This document shows positions 1 to 14,211 of a stretch of DNA of 48,509 bases, piece after piece. The stretch spans positions 5,583,754-5,632,262 of the forward strand of contig NC_057752.1 of NCBI RefSeq assembly GCF_004010195.1, read 5' to 3'. The notes under the pieces are model-generated. The model was not told the origin of the DNA, searched no databases, and saw only the letters and a list, made by a program, of their open reading frames with translations. Numbering within the stretch: the stretch's first letter is position 1; each line of letters begins with the position of its first letter. Origin of the DNA: Chiloscyllium plagiosum (taxonomy: Eukaryota). The translations under genes were made by a program, and so were the position numbers.

Positions 1-1825
1 GATGAACAAGCTCATCAGTTTTTGGGTCTAAACCAATAGTGATGCGATTGATGAATAATTGTAAATGTTTTCAAGTTCCATTCAGTGTGGAGTCCGAAGG
101 GACAGCAAGAGAGTACCAAAGTTGAGCAGAAGAGTCCATTTAACATGTTTTGAGTATTGGCAGGGGGAGGAAAATCTTTTTCTTAATATGCGAAGGAAAC
201 TCCCTCCCATCCTTGTAACATCTGTTTCCTGAAATAAACTTGCCAATTCTGTGCCACTTATGCATTGCTTTGTAGATTGTCTGAATTCTGTTTTTAAACC
301 GTTCTGTGTTTTGTTAAATGGTTTCATATTTTGCTGAATGTGGTTTGTTCATTAATGTAATACAACTGAGTTGCATTTTAAAAAAGATAATTGCAATGGA
401 ATCAGTGTGAACTTAAAGTGCCGTGGTTATTTCTTCATGGAGTCTAAATGGTATTTATCCCGATCATAGTCCACACACCTCTCTAGTAGAATAGTCTTTG
501 CACTCTTTTTGCATTTCCTTGTGAAGATTTGAAATCTCACTGAAAGAAGTATTGATTGTATCATCAGCAAAACTAAAATAAAATGCTTCAAAACATGGGT
601 CACTTATTTTCAGGATTTTAATTTACCCACATTCCCTTCATTTCATGATGTGGTTCATTTTGCTTGATGTCTTTGTTATGATAGAGATACCAATGCAAGT
701 TAATTAAAACAATATCATTCTTAAGATTGCTATCTGAAATTTGGAGGAAATTGAAGCATCTTTTATTTTGTTTATTTCTGAATGCCATAAATGTGTGACT
801 GATTCTTGAATGGTGTGTGTGGTGGTAGTTGGGGGGGTTGTATTATGAATGTGTAATGTTCTTTCAAGTGCTGCATTGGGTTGAACTGTTAAACTGCACT
901 CAACGTTGTGCTAAGTATCTTCCTTGTTATTGTTTCTGCACTCGGGTTTGACAATTCCACCTCCAACTAACACAGTGCTGTAGAAACTCCTCAGATCTGG
1001 CAGTATTGATGGAGAGAGAAACTGGGTTAATGTTTGAATCTAGTATGACTCTTCCACTCCGAGGAAGTATTTTACCGGACTCAATCTTAACTTCGCCTCC
1101 CCCTCTCCCTCCACAGATGCTGCCAGATCTCAGTTTTTTCCAGCGCTTTTTTTTTGATTCCCAGCATCATCAATATCTTTTTATTAAAAATGGAATGCAA
1201 TCTAATACCAAAATCATGCTATAGCATGATTTTACATGAAACAGCAAATAAACATAGGTCATGGTACAGCCGGAGTATTTTTGTGCTCTCAGTGAAGTAC
1301 TGTCGACACAGTTTTCATACCAGATGTCTTGTCTTGTTTAAATTCCAATGCACTCTGGGCTGACCCTTCCACATTCTAGCTTCTGTAAACTCTACATAAT
1401 TTAATGCTCTGCAGCCCCTATCCTAATCTCTCAGCAAATCTTATTTACCCACTGCCTCAGTGCTTGTTGGCTGACATTGGCTCCAAGTTAAGCGGTTCTT
1501 CAAATCCTTCCACAGCTTTGCCCTTCCCATCGCTACTGTCTTCCAACCCTTCAGTTCTCCAAGATCTCTGCAATCCTCCCATTCTGGCCTCTTGAACATC
1601 CCTGATTGGGATCATTCCTTCGATTGCCTAGGCCTCAAGCTCTGAGATACTGTCCCTACACCTCTCTGCTTCTACCTCCCTTTCTTCCTTTAAGACACTT
1701 CTTAAAACCTACTTTGACTAAACTTTAATTATCTAACCTAATAGCTTCCTTCTGTGAAGCATCTTGAGGTATCATATTAAATGTGCTTTTTACATAATAT
1801 ATTAACTAGGAGCCAGAAGTAGGCC

Positions 1826-2310
1826 ATTTGGAGTATTGTGTGCAGTTTTAGGGCCTCATATTTCAGGAATGAAGTACTGGCCCTGGAGCACGCTCACAGG
1901 AGGCTCATGTGAATGGTCCCAGGAATGAGAAGTTTAACAAATGAGGAACGTTTGAGGACTCTGGGTTTATACTGTATGGAGTTTAGGAGGATGAGGAGGT
2001 ATCTAATTGAAACATACAGAATACTGAATGGCCTGGACAGAGTAGATGTCTTTTAGAACAGAGATATGGAGAAACCTCTTCAGCCAGAGAGTGGTGAATA
2101 CAGTATATGGAATTCATTGCCACAGAAGGCTGTAGAGGCCAGGTCATTGAGTATATTTAAGACAGAGCTAGATAGTTTCTTGATTGCCAAGGGAATCCAG
2201 GGTTACAGGGAGAATGGGGTTGAGAAACGTATCAGCCATGATTGAATGGCAGAGCAGACTCTATGGGCTGAATGGCCTGATTTCTGCTCCGATGTCTTAC
2301 GGTCTTATTT
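1826..2310 (+). mobile_element. CR1/HER1 LINE 3' fragment
   Basis: Degenerate EYCVQF...RLRTLGLY...DLIETYRIL RT C-terminus and a typical CR1 3' UTR. Confidence 0.8.
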
Positions 2311-2921
2311 GGCCCTTCAAGTCTTGTCTGCCATTCAGTAACATTGGCTACTGTTTGTGTTCCAGATTTCACTGTCCCACCAATCCCCAATAACCTTAAA
2401 TTCTTGTTCGGCAGTAGAATCAACCACCATCTTAAAAATATTCAATGACCCTTGCAGCATTTTCCAAAGCGGAGTTCCAAAATGTCTCAACCCTCAGAAA
2501 TTTTCAAGTTCCCTGATCTCTGTCCCAATAGGGTGGCTCCTAATTTTCCCGAGAGGGAAAATCCTTTCCAAATCCACCTTGTCAAGACCATTCAGGACTT
2601 TTTAAACTTCAATCAAATAACCCCCCACCCACCCGCACGCACACACACAAGCGCAGCCTGTCAATATATCCTTAAGGCAATCTGCTCATTCCACATATCA
2701 ACCTAGTAGTTCTCCCTCTGAACTACCTCTAACTTGTTTACATCACCTTGAAATTAGGTGACCAACACAGCGCACTATTCCAAATGTGATCTCATCAATG
2801 CCCTATATACTGAAGCATAACATCCTTATTTTTATATCCAATTCCATATTTCAGGAATGAAGTCCTGGCCCTGGAGCACGCTCACAGGAGGCTCATGTGA
2901 ATGGTCCCAGGAATGAGAAGT

Positions 2922-3240
2922 GGGCGGCATGGTGGCACAGTGGTTAGCACTGCTGCCTCACAGCGCCAGAGACCCGGGTTCAATTCCCGCCTCAGGCGAC
3001 TGACTGTGTGGAGTTTGCACGTTCTCCCCGTGTCTGCGTGGGTTTCCTCCGAGTGCTCCGGTTTCCTCCCACAGTCCAAAGATGTGCAGGTTAGGTGAAT
3101 TGGCCATGCTAAATTGCCTGTAGTGTTAGGTAAGGGGTAAATGTAGGGGTATGGGTGGGTTGCGCTTCGGCGGGGCGGTGTGGACTTGTTGGGCCGAAGG
3201 GCCTGTTTCCACACTGTAAGTAATCTAATCTAATCTAATC
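2922..3240 (+). mobile_element. HE1-type tRNA-derived SINE, young copy
   Basis: A box GGTGGCACAGTGG, B box GGTTCAATTCC, conserved body, CR1-like tail, (TAATC)n end. Confidence 0.92.
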
Positions 3241-4455
3241 CTCTCAATAATAGTTAGCAAGCCATTTCGCTGCGTATTCACTTGCTGTACTTGCAGTACA
3301 TCTTTTAGTGACTCATGCACTAGATTCCAATGTATTTCAGAATTCTGCAGTTCTCTCCTTAAATAAATCTACTTTTTTTCTATATAGTGTGTGGTGTTGC
3401 ATTCTTCCAACTTGGTGTGAATAATGTCAGACAGGGTCTGCTAATTTCATATATGATTGTTTAATTTAAAGATCTCATCAATTCGGCCTTGTTGCACTTC
3501 CTGGGCCACGTTTTCTTGTTGGTCATTAAAGACAAATCAAGGGGCGTATGAGTAAATGCTGATCAAATGGAAAATGATTGTTCCGTGTGTTCAAACAAGT
3601 GTTTAAAAGAAAAACTAACTGGAGTGTCTTTTATGACTTCAGGACACTCTAAACTGCTTAATAGCTAATTACAGCAGTGAACAAATTTCAGAAATACTTG
3701 ATGCAGGCAAGATGGCTGTTAGTTTGGCAAGACAAGGTCCCATAAGCAGCAGTACGATCAATGAGCAGGTAATCTGTTTTTAGCAATATTGACTTAAGGA
3801 TAAATGTCAATCAGGACATTTGAAAAAAAACTTCCAAGATCTCTCTTTCAAAAATGCTGTAAGAGTTTTAACATATATCTGGTTGGCATGGATGGGTTGG
3901 ACCGAAGGGTCTGTTTCCATGCTGTATATCTCTATGACTATTTATTTTTAACTTATTCACTCATGGGATGTAGGCATCACTAGTTGGGCCAACATTTATT
4001 ACCCATCCCGAATTGCTTCTTGAGAAGATGGTGGTGAGCTTCCACCTTGAACAGTTGCACTCCGTGTGGTGTTGGTGATGTTAGAGTGTAAACCAGCAAT
4101 GATGAAGGAACAAGACTTCCAAGTCACAATAGAGTGTGACCTGTATTCCATTCTCACATTGAAGATGACAGCTTTGAAAGTGTAAATTTTCAAAAAACCG
4201 TTCATGGGATGTGATTGCTGTTGCTAAGGCTAGCCTTTACTGTCCATCCTTTATTGCCCTGGAACACTATCTTCTTGAACCACTTCAGGCCAGATGTCCA
4301 AAGTTGCACTGGAAACTAACTTGGTTTTTGTTGCATATAAGTTCTCACTTAATATCAATGTTTTGAAATTTGTTTTTCTGTGTACCCACATCAATTGCAG
4401 CAGTAACTGGTAGATTGCCTAATTTTTTAATAACTTGTGTCTCAATTTGTGGGGG

Positions 4456-4760
4456 AGTGGCACGGTGGCTCAGTGGTTAGCATGCTGCCTCAGCACCAGG
4501 GACCCGGGTTCGATTCCAGCTTCGGGCGACTGTGTGGAGTTTGCACATTCTCCCTGTTTGAGTGGGTTTCCTCCGGGTACTCCGGTTTCCTCCCACAGTC
4601 CAAAGATCTGCAAGTCAGGTGAATTGACCATGCTAAATTGTCCATAGTGTTAGGTGCATTAGTCGGGGGTAAATATATGGTAGGGGAATGGTTCTGGGTG
4701 GGTTGCTTTTCGGAGGGTTGAAGGGCTTATTTCCATACTGTGGGTAATCTAGTCTAATCA
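4456..4760 (+). mobile_element. HE1-type SINE
   Basis: Homologous along its length to 2922-3240. Confidence 0.88.
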
Positions 4761-7539
4761 TTTAGATCTTACTGTAACTTCATGTCCTATGCTAAAGGTT
4801 ATGTTTAATGCCTTCTTCAAAATATCAGAATGCATTGCAATGGAAGACAAAAATTGAGCAGCCTTGCACTACTTCTGCAGTTTAATTTAAGCATTTTTTC
4901 CCTGTTTGTGAATAGAGACTCTGGTTTGCAGGCTAGGCATTCCTGATGACAATGCTGATTTAATAACAAGCCTTAACTGGGTTTAGATTGTTCCACTGGC
5001 GCTTCACTAACTCTCGTGAATAAACTAAAATTCTCATTGTCTGTAAATTGTTACATCTGATAAATCTGACAGCCGATGAGATAAAAATGCTGTGTTTATT
5101 TCTAATGGTCTGGCACTCCTATTTTGTATATAGTCCTAGTGCCTGTGCGGGTAGGCCAGTTTTCCCCAGCAAGATGTTTATGATCCTCATGTTGGACCTG
5201 TCAGTAGCAACCAGCTGGAGAAAAGTCTGCAGCCTCTGTACAAGTATTGGTTTGATTACATGGGCAATTTTAAAACCTGTAAAAGGCCTATCTGGGATTT
5301 ATTTTATTTGTTCCTTCATCATGGCGCTGACTTTCCAAAGCATCTTGTAGGATACGTTGACAAATGCTCTTTAGACCAGTGACCAAATGTACAAGGCCAA
5401 GTAATACAGACAGAAATGGAACATCTGTCACACAAGAATAGGCTATTCTCTGCATGTTGCTTCTCCCACAGTCTCATTCATCAGCATTCCATGCCTTCCT
5501 TCTTCTAATTCATCTTTCTCCCTGTCCTTGTTTTTGAGGGTTGGGGCCATGAACTTCTATAGTCCATTTTTTATAAGCAAAGTACTGCAATGGTTTGTCA
5601 TTGCTGACCAGGAAATTGTTCTCATCATCTACCATCAGGAGTATTGGAAGGATTTTCAGGCTGGTGATCTTCCCATGTGGCCATGTTGTGAACATAGCTT
5701 CTACAGCCAACAAATCCCCCTAGTGTGGGCCTCAAACCCAGCTTTTGGTCCAGAGGTAAGGATGCTACCCCTCCTCCATGTACTAATCTAATTTCCTGTT
5801 TAATGCATCTATGGTGTGGGGCATGCACTTCTTTTATGATCACATATTGCTTCAGTTGTTACAGGGGTTTACTGGTTTGGCTCTTCTGTAGCCTTCTAAT
5901 GGATTAGTCATATTAGCTTTGACAAATTCAGAGTAGGTCTGTGATCGCTGCATCTTGTTATTCATGTTTAATTTGAGTTATGGAATGTTATCTGGTACCA
6001 TTCAAGTCAGAACTGTAACATGTTTTGTATGGTGTAGAGGTTGATTGAGCTATTCTCTGCTATCTGCTAGGGTCATATTAATTCTTTGTGTCATCCTCTC
6101 ACCAAAACACACTACTCCAGTGGTATAACTTGGGTTTGTTCAACATGTTTAATGTTTTAGGTTAAAATTAATTGAACACGGCTGAAGCTTTTTGTCAGCA
6201 TGTCCATGCAAATGCAAGAATGGCCAAATCTCTAATGCCTTAGCCAGTCAGAGTTGACCTGCCAATTAACCAGAGCCCATTTTTCCCCGCAGTATAAGTT
6301 GTGATTATTTGAAATTTGGCATTCTTGCATTTATCCTGATGAATGGAAAAGAAAACTTCAGCAATATCATCTCTTTTCAGCAAGATTCAACCTCTATACT
6401 GCAAAGCAAGTGTTTAAAATTAATTGTTGTGAGCTATTTGTTATCTATATCAGATTTTAAACAAAGATCTATCAACTGGGTTATGTAATAATTAATTGAA
6501 TTATTGTCAAAACGCAATGTATTGAATAAAGATGCAATAACAGGTGAATACAAACAGTAATATAGACTTAAATATCACTAAATGTCTGACAAAGGCATGC
6601 ATGTACGCCCATGCAAGAACTAACTCTCATAAGGAGAAAAGGAAAAAAACATTATCTGCAGAGATTGGCTTTCTGAAGAACAAAAGATTGGCTAATGGGT
6701 TATTCGTGAAGGCAAAATGATAGAGCAAAGGATGTCCTGGAGACTATTCTTCTGATGTTCTGCAACTTGTGGTCAAGTCCCTAATCATGCATAGTTGTTT
6801 CTGAAGACTTGCAGGCTCAGCAAATGCAAACTGGAGATGTTATTCAATCACTTTCAAAAGACCAACTAGATTTCACACTGAACTCCATAGAAGGATGGTC
6901 TGCTCAGAAATGAGAGAGAGAAAAACTAGGTAGCTTGTTCTTAACAAGCTTCCCTGAAACTAGGCCAGATAAATCAAGCCATTCACTTCAAGAAAGTCCA
7001 ACAGGTGGCTACAAGAAAGCAAGCAGTTATTAGTAGTCATGTAATTTGCAGGAAGTCTTTTTAAAATATCACTGAAAATATCTACTGTGAACTTTCAGTT
7101 ACTTCTGAGAGAAACTACTCCAGGTATTTTTAATATTAACATTAATACTTGAAATGAATTGTTTTTCCACAATCCTTAAGTCCTCCAAGCAATATTAAAC
7201 TCCTGAGGCAGCTTGCCACCTTGGTGGGTTGGGAGGAGGTGGCATTCCCTTGATCACAATCACTGCCTGACTAAGGAACTAGACATCAGACAAGAGGAAG
7301 TCACTTAGCTTCTCTTCCAACTCTTCTGTTTGAGGGTTCAGTGCAGGGATATATACTAAAAAGGCAATTTGCCTGGCCATGCTATCTCCTTCCCAAATGC
7401 CAGTCATGCAGTAAGGAGTTCCAAGTTGTAAGAGATTGTAGAGTAAGAAGGTTGTATCTTGGACCGTTGGGCAAAATGCAGAGCAATTTTGATTTTGAGC
7501 AAAGTAAGCTAGCCCATCTAATAATGAATCAACGTTGCA

Positions 7540-8942
7540 TAGAACATTACAGCGCAGTACAGGCCCTTCAGCCCTTGATGTTGCACTGACCTGTGGAACC
7601 AATCTGAAGCCCATCCAACCTACACTATTCCATTATCATCCATATGTTTATCCAATGACCATTTAAATGCCCTTAAAGTTGGTGAGTTCCATGCCCCTAC
7701 TACTCTGAGTAAAGAAACTACCTCTGACATCTGTCCTATATCTGTCACCCCTCAATTTAAAGCTATGTCCCCTCGTGCAAGCCATCACCAGCCATGCAAG
7801 AGTTAGTTCTTGCATGGGCGTACATGCATGCCTTTGTCAGACATTTAGTGATATTTAAGTCTATATTACTGTTTGTATTCACCTGTTATTGCATCTTTAT
7901 TCAATACATTGCGTTTTGACAATAATTCAATTAATTATTACATAACCCAGTTGATAGGTCTCACTATCCATCCTATCTAATCCTCTGATCTTGTATGTCT
8001 CTATTAAGTCACCTCTCAACCACCTCCTCTCTAACAAAAACAGCCTCAAGTCTCTCAGCCTTTCATCATAAGACCTTCCCTCCAAAACAGACAACATCCT
8101 GGTAAATCTCCTCTGCACCCTTTCCAAAGCTTCCTCATCCTTCCTATAATGCAGCAACGAGAACTGTATGCAATACTCCAAGAGCGGCCGCACCAGAGAT
8201 TTGTACAGCTGCAGTATGACCTCATGGCTCTGAAACTCAATCCCTGCACCAATAAAAGCTAACACGGTGTATGCCTTCTTAACCACCCTATCAACCTGGG
8301 TGGCAATTTTCAGGGATCTATGTACGTGGACACCGAGATCTCGCTGCTCATCCACACTACAAAGAATCTTAGCATGAGCCCAGTATTCTGTATTCCTGTT
8401 ACTCCTTCCAAAGTTAATCACCTCTCACTTTTCTGCATTAAACTCCATTTGCCACCTCTCAGCCCAGCTCTGCAGCTTATCTATGTCCCTCTGTAACCTG
8501 CAAGAGCCTTCTGCACTGTCCACAACTCCACTGACTTCAGTGTTGTTCACAAATTTACTAACTGCTCCTTCTCCGCCCTCATCCAGGTCATTTATAAAAA
8601 TGACAAACAGTAGTGGCCCCAAAACAGATCCTTGTGGTACACCACGAGTAACTGAACTCCAGGATGAGCATTTCCCATCAACCACCACCCTGTCTTCTTT
8701 CAGCTAGCCAATTTCTGATCCGAACTGTGAAATGATCTTCAATCCCATGCCTCTGTATTTTCTGCAATAGCCTACCATGGGGAACCTTATCAAGCGCCTT
8801 ACTGAAATCCATATAGACCACATCAACCACTTTACCTTCATCCACCTGTTTGGTCAACTTCTCAAAGAACTCAATAAGGTTTGTGAGGCATGACTTACCT
8901 TTCACAAAACTGTGTTGACTATCCCTAATCAAATTATTCCTT
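7540..8942 (-). mobile_element. CR1/HER1 LINE, 5'-truncated RT region
   Basis: ORFs with YMDFSKALDKVPH, GVPQGSVLGPLLF, LERVQRRFTRML; frameshifted. Confidence 0.93.
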
Positions 8943-10632
8943 ACTGGGAACGAAAGTCATTTTAATGATTCAGACAAGACTTGCCTTATCTGGTGTTAAC
9001 TGTGTTTGAAGTGTGTCCAGACCAGCTCATTACCGTTTCAATTGTACTCTTTCAATTGCAAGGAGAGAAAGAGCTGTTTGAGGTAACTCAATAAAATTAA
9101 GGCACTTGGGCATTTAGGGCAGTGACTAACATGGCTAAATCTGAGAATGTACCTGCAGCAGACTTGTACAGGTATGCACAAATTTACAGGTTCAGAATGA
9201 CATGCTTGGAACACTAGTTACAATGTGATGAGATTTTTATCTACATACTCAGCACATGCTTTCCACAGGACCCCTCAAAAATAACTATTCTCTCAGGGTG
9301 TGGAAGATACAATTCATTGGAAGAGGAAAGCTGACTCTCACAGACATAATCCATTATTTGATATTGCATAAATGAACATTTTGACAGTTTAACGTTGCTC
9401 TGTTTAGTGAGAATTAATACTGTTGTGGAATTAATCCTTGTATTGGGCTGATCGACCTGCCAGCTCACTTTGTGCTGAGCTGGTGTCTGCTAATCTCTGT
9501 AAAATACCACTCAGCCTCAGTGCAGTTTTTGGACAGCCTGTAAGGGAAAAAAAAAGAATTGTTTGTCTGTCTAATCATTAATGCTGCATTCAGGAATTTT
9601 ATTTTGCCTCTGGCTGGTTTCAGCATCTCTGGTACCAAGAGGTTCTGCCTGCAGTTCAAGTGAATGTGCTCACTTTCTAAAATAAAATGTTTTGTAAGAA
9701 TAATAAAATTCAGCAGGCTTAGCTTTTGTTTTCACAGGGAACATATTGCATGTAGTCCTTTACTTTCTGGTCAAAGCTAACCATTAAGAGTTGGGAAACT
9801 AATCACGCTGTGCTATAACTTTTATGTAGAGACAAATATGGCCATGATTCTAAAATTGAATGAAGTTCCAGGTCAGAGTCATAAAGTTGAAAAGAATGTA
9901 AGGTGAGTTGTTGTTAGTTCTGACTAGGATTTTGGAACACACCAACAATCGTGGCCAAATTTAAAGGAATAAAAGACTTGTATTTTGTGTACAGTCATAG
10001 AGATGTACAGCACAGAAGCAGACCCTTCTGTCTAACCTGTCCATGCAGGCCAGATATCCTAAATAATTTGAGTCCCATTGTCATGTCTTTCACAACTCCC
10101 AGGTGTCCTATATTCATTGCTAAAGAAGTTTGTTTCTTGAAGTTGTCACTGTTATAATGTAGAAATCTTGGCAGTCAATTTGTGCATAGCAAGATCTCAC
10201 AAATATTAATATGTTAAATGGTCAGATCATGGTTTTTTTTAAAGTGATGACGACTGTTCCTATTTTTATTATTTACACTGTCTTTGCCCTAGATATATTT
10301 TGCTTTATTTTTAAGAATTCCTTTTTCTTTTAAGGTTTATGGATTTTAGTCCATCTGTTCTGAAGTTTACATAAGCAGTGAAAGGTCTCTCTGCGTAGGA
10401 CACACATTGTCTTTAAGGGCCTAGCTTTAAAATCTAGGCCCAAATGAGAGCAATCAAGTCGAAGGAGGCGAAACAGTTTTGACAAATATGTCGTCGTATG
10501 TAATTCTACAGCACAACACTGGTCTTCCAATTAAGACAAATTAAGCAATAATGACCCTCCCTTTACAGTCCTGCGAGGGGTCAGCTCTGCTAACAAACTC
10601 TCTACCTTCCAAACATGCATGCTTTGCATTTT

Positions 10633-11505
10633 CATAGAATCCCTACAGGGTAGATAGAGGCATTTGACCCATCAAGTCTGCACCAACTCTCCAAGCATTC
10701 CCACCCCCTCACCCCCCAAATTCCTGTAACCTTGTATTTCCTGTGGCTAATCCACCTAGCCTACACATCCCTGGACACTACTGGGCAATGTAGTGTGACC
10801 AATCCACCTAACCTGCATATCTTTGGACTGTGGGATTGTGATAATACTATGACATTTAAGAGGTGCGTTTTGGAACAATAAAAGCAGCCTGGATGGGTAG
10901 GGTTAGGCTCCCACAGAACCAGGATTTTTAGTTTTAGCTTTCTGCAGGTGCTAGGGTCTTGAAGCTGGGTGTGAAAGCTCGTATTCCTCTCTCTGTTACA
11001 GCTAAAATCTGGCATTCTCTTCCTGCTGCTCGAATTGCAAGTGAGACAACCTGTTTTACTGAATTTGCCTTTGCCAAGTGTGTGTTTATGTGATGTTATT
11101 ATACTGGAACAGTTAAATAGCAGTAGTTAATAGATATATGAATTTGTTAAGCATTTTGACAGTTACAATTAAGCCAGTTGTTTTCTTTTATTTCTATTTT
11201 GTCTGTATTTTAACTGTAGTGTAAAAATAAAGTGTGTTTTGTTTCAAATCCGGTAGTTTGACCAATCAAATTGCACTCAGAACACAATGCTTTTACACTT
11301 GTAAAATAAGAAAAAGGTGGAGTCTAGACTACCTTTGTAATGTATTTTGAGTGGGTTTGGTCTGGTCCATAACAGGATAAACTGGAGCAATTGGCAAAAA
11401 CCCATGCAGACCCAGGGAGAATATGCAATTCTACAGAGATAGTCACCTGAGGCTGGAATCAAACCCATGCTGTTGGCACTGTGAGGCAGTAGTGCTAACC
11501 ATTGC
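10633..11505 (-). mobile_element. HE1-type SINE split by the solo LTR
   Basis: SINE sequence is continuous across the GGAT TSD. Confidence 0.82.
10837..11374 (+). mobile_element. Solo LTR (538 bp) inserted in an HE1-type SINE
   Basis: TGTGATA...CCATAACA, perfect GGAT TSD (10833-36, 11375-78), AATAAA ~11226. The 3' end ggtctggtccataaca resembles the Gmr1-like LTR end. Confidence 0.88.
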
Positions 11506-11901
11506 TTCTGTTGATTGAAACTCCCTTTAGGCCTTCCTCTTCTGGATTTCAGAGAAGCCTCAACCACCTAAAATGCGGTCTGTCAACGCAAAGATTGCCC
11601 TGCTCCAAATTGAGCATAACCCGAAATGGGGTAAGCAGTGAGAATTGCCATTGCTGTTGTGGTCATTGATAGAGGCTCAGCTCCTCAGTGACATCACTCA
11701 AACTATACACTAGCAATTGTGTCTCTCCAGTGGAGTGAGATGTCTGGTCCTTTGTGGATATTTTCTAATCAACCTGTTTAAAAATGTCATTACATATCTT
11801 TGGAACAGGTGGGACTTGAACCCTGGCCTTCAGGTAAGGACATTACCACTGCACCACAAGCTCAGGTGGTCTTTTGTCGAGTATGACGAATTATTTACTT
11901 A

Positions 11902-12118
11902 AGAGTGTGGTGCTGGAAGAGCACAGCAGGTCAGGCAGCATCCGAGGAGCAGGCAAATCGCCATTTCGGGCAAAAGGCCTTCATCATGAATTCTGGTGCA
12001 GGGCTTTTGTCCGAAACATCAATTTTCCTGCTCCTTGGATGCTGCCTGACCTGCTGTGCTCTTCCAGCACTACACTCTCTTCTCTAATCTCCAGCATCTG
12101 CAGTCCTCACTTTCGCCT
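11902..12118. mobile_element. Penelope-derived short element, palindromic (inverted pLTR pair)
   Basis: Inverted arms meeting at ~11990; 13-bp TSD aattatttactta (11889-11901, 12119-12131). Confidence 0.82.
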
Positions 12119-12904
12119 AATTATTTACTTACCTGAGTCAGCCACAAATTTGGAGTTAGGGAGGAACTTGTGGTTTTAATTTCAAGTTTTCGCATGCATG
12201 TTTGAAACTGCAGCAGAGATTCCCAGCGACAGCAGGATAATATCTCAATTGAATTACCCCATCAGTTAGACTTGTATATATGGTATAGAAAGCGATTTAT
12301 AAGCAGTGCATCATCAACACTGCACAGAGTAGATTAATTCCATAAAGATTTAACATCACTAACAAAATGATTTATGTTTAATTGGCATCCTAGGATCCTT
12401 GTGCAGTAGCAATGTCCCTATCTCTGAGCCAGGAGGCCCAGATTCAACCCCCACCTACTCCAGAGGTATGTAATCACATCTCTGAAGCACTTGATTATAA
12501 AATATATTAACTAGCAGTCCTGTGTATCACGACCCTTGTTTATGTAACACAGTTTGCAACAGCCTTAATATATCTCTTTATTTTTGCATTGAGTTGAGAG
12601 TCAAGGCCACGAGAAACCAATAACGTCGAATTTCAGAAATGGCATTGTTGGTTTCTGGAGTGTCATTATTGGTGGTGTGAGCTATATTACAGTAAAAAGG
12701 GTGTTGAGACTTTGCGGTAATTAAACACAAATCCCAACAGTATGTTGTGTGAACATGGGTTTTATTTCCTCGGTGTACTGTTGTTGGGCACCAGTTGAAG
12801 TACTTGCAAAATTGCTGCATGAGCACAATGAAATATTTGGCTCCCTGGAGTTGCAGAAAGGGTACCTTTCTCTTTAATCTCAATTTTACAGTGTAATCGG
12901 CAAT

Positions 12905-13107
12905 CAGGCTCAGTTGGTTTGCAATGCAGAGTGACACCAGCAATGTGGGTTCAAATTCTGCACTGGCTGAGGTTACCATGAATGACTCTTCTTCTCAACC
13001 TCACCCCTCACCTGAGGTGTGGTGACCCTCATGTTATACCATCACCAGTTGTCTCTTTAATGGGAGAGCAGCCCTAAAGTCTGGTAAGACTATAGTCACT
13101 TTACCTG
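12905..13107 (+). mobile_element. tRNA-derived SINE (second family)
   Basis: A/B-box-like gctcagttgg ... gggttcaaattc; a related copy lies on the - strand at ~11650-11870. Confidence 0.55.
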
Positions 13108-13277
13108 CAGATGCAGAGACATATCTGACTTTGATCTTGCTGCACAAAAATGTCTTATGTGGGAGAATGAGTCAGAGAACCTGTAGAAATTAAAATATTT
13201 GAGAATAAAACACAGTGACAGTCTCAACAAGAGAGAACCTGGGGCCAGGGCTTTTGTTCAAGGGAGGATGTGAGTAT

Positions 13278-14211
13278 AAAGTACAGTTAGCAAGTTTGCA
13301 GATGACACCAAAATTGGAGGTGTAGTGGACAGCGAAGAAGGTTGCCTCAGATTACAATGGGATCTTGATCAGATGGGCCAATGGGCCGAGGAGTGGCCGA
13401 TGGAGTTTAATTCAGATAAATGTGAGGTGCTGCATTTTGGGAAGGCAAATCAGGGCAGGACTTATACACTTAATGATAAGGTCCGAGGGAGTGTTGCTGA
13501 ACGAAGAGACCTTGGAGTACAGGTTCATAGCTCCTTGCAAGTGGAGTCGCAGGTAGATAGGATAGTGAAGAAGGCATTTGGTATGCTTTCCTTTATTGGT
13601 CAGAGTATTGAGTACAGAAGTTGGGAGGTCATGTTGCGGCTGTACAGGACATTGGTTAGGCCACTGTTGGAATATTGCGTGCAATTCTGGTCTCCTTCCT
13701 ATTGGAAAGATGTCGTGAAACTTGAAAGGGTTCAGAAAAGATTTACAAGGATGTTGCCAGGGTTGGAGGATTTGAGCTATAGAGCGAGGTTGAATAGGCT
13801 GGGGCTGTTTTCCTTGGAGGTCGGAGGCTGAGGGATGACCTTATAGAGGTTTGCAAAATCATAAGGGGCATGGATAGGATAAATAGACAAGGTCTTTTCC
13901 CCAGAGTAGGGTAGTCCAAAACTAGAGGGCATAGGTTTAGGGTGAGAGGGGAAAGATATAAAAGGGACCTAAGGGGCAACTTTTACACGCAGAGGGTGGT
14001 ACATTTATGGAATGAGCTGCCAGAGGATGTGATGGAGGCTGGTACAATTATAGCATTTAAAAGGCATTCGGATGGGTATATGAATAGGAAGGGTTTGGAG
14101 GGATATGGGCCGGGTGCTGGCAGGTGGGACTAGATTGGTTTGGGATATCTGGCCGACATGGACAAGTTGGACCGAAGGGTCTGTTTCCATGCTGTACATC
14201 TCTATGACTCT
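13278..14211 (+). mobile_element. CR1/HER1 LINE 3' part
   Basis: KFADDTK motif, RPLLEYCVQFWSP, tail ctctatgactcta. Confidence 0.93.

Noticed and set aside
1..900. prkag1 3' UTR (expected upstream neighbour)
   Set aside because: AT-rich with AATAAA motifs, but no recognisable PRKAG1 coding sequence; cannot be supported from this window.
2922..3000. tRNA genes
   Set aside because: A/B boxes belong to SINE heads; no complete cloverleaf seen.
6325..6360. Hammerhead-like cctgatga...gaaaa motif
   Set aside because: Stem II cannot form in this copy; at most a decayed repeat.
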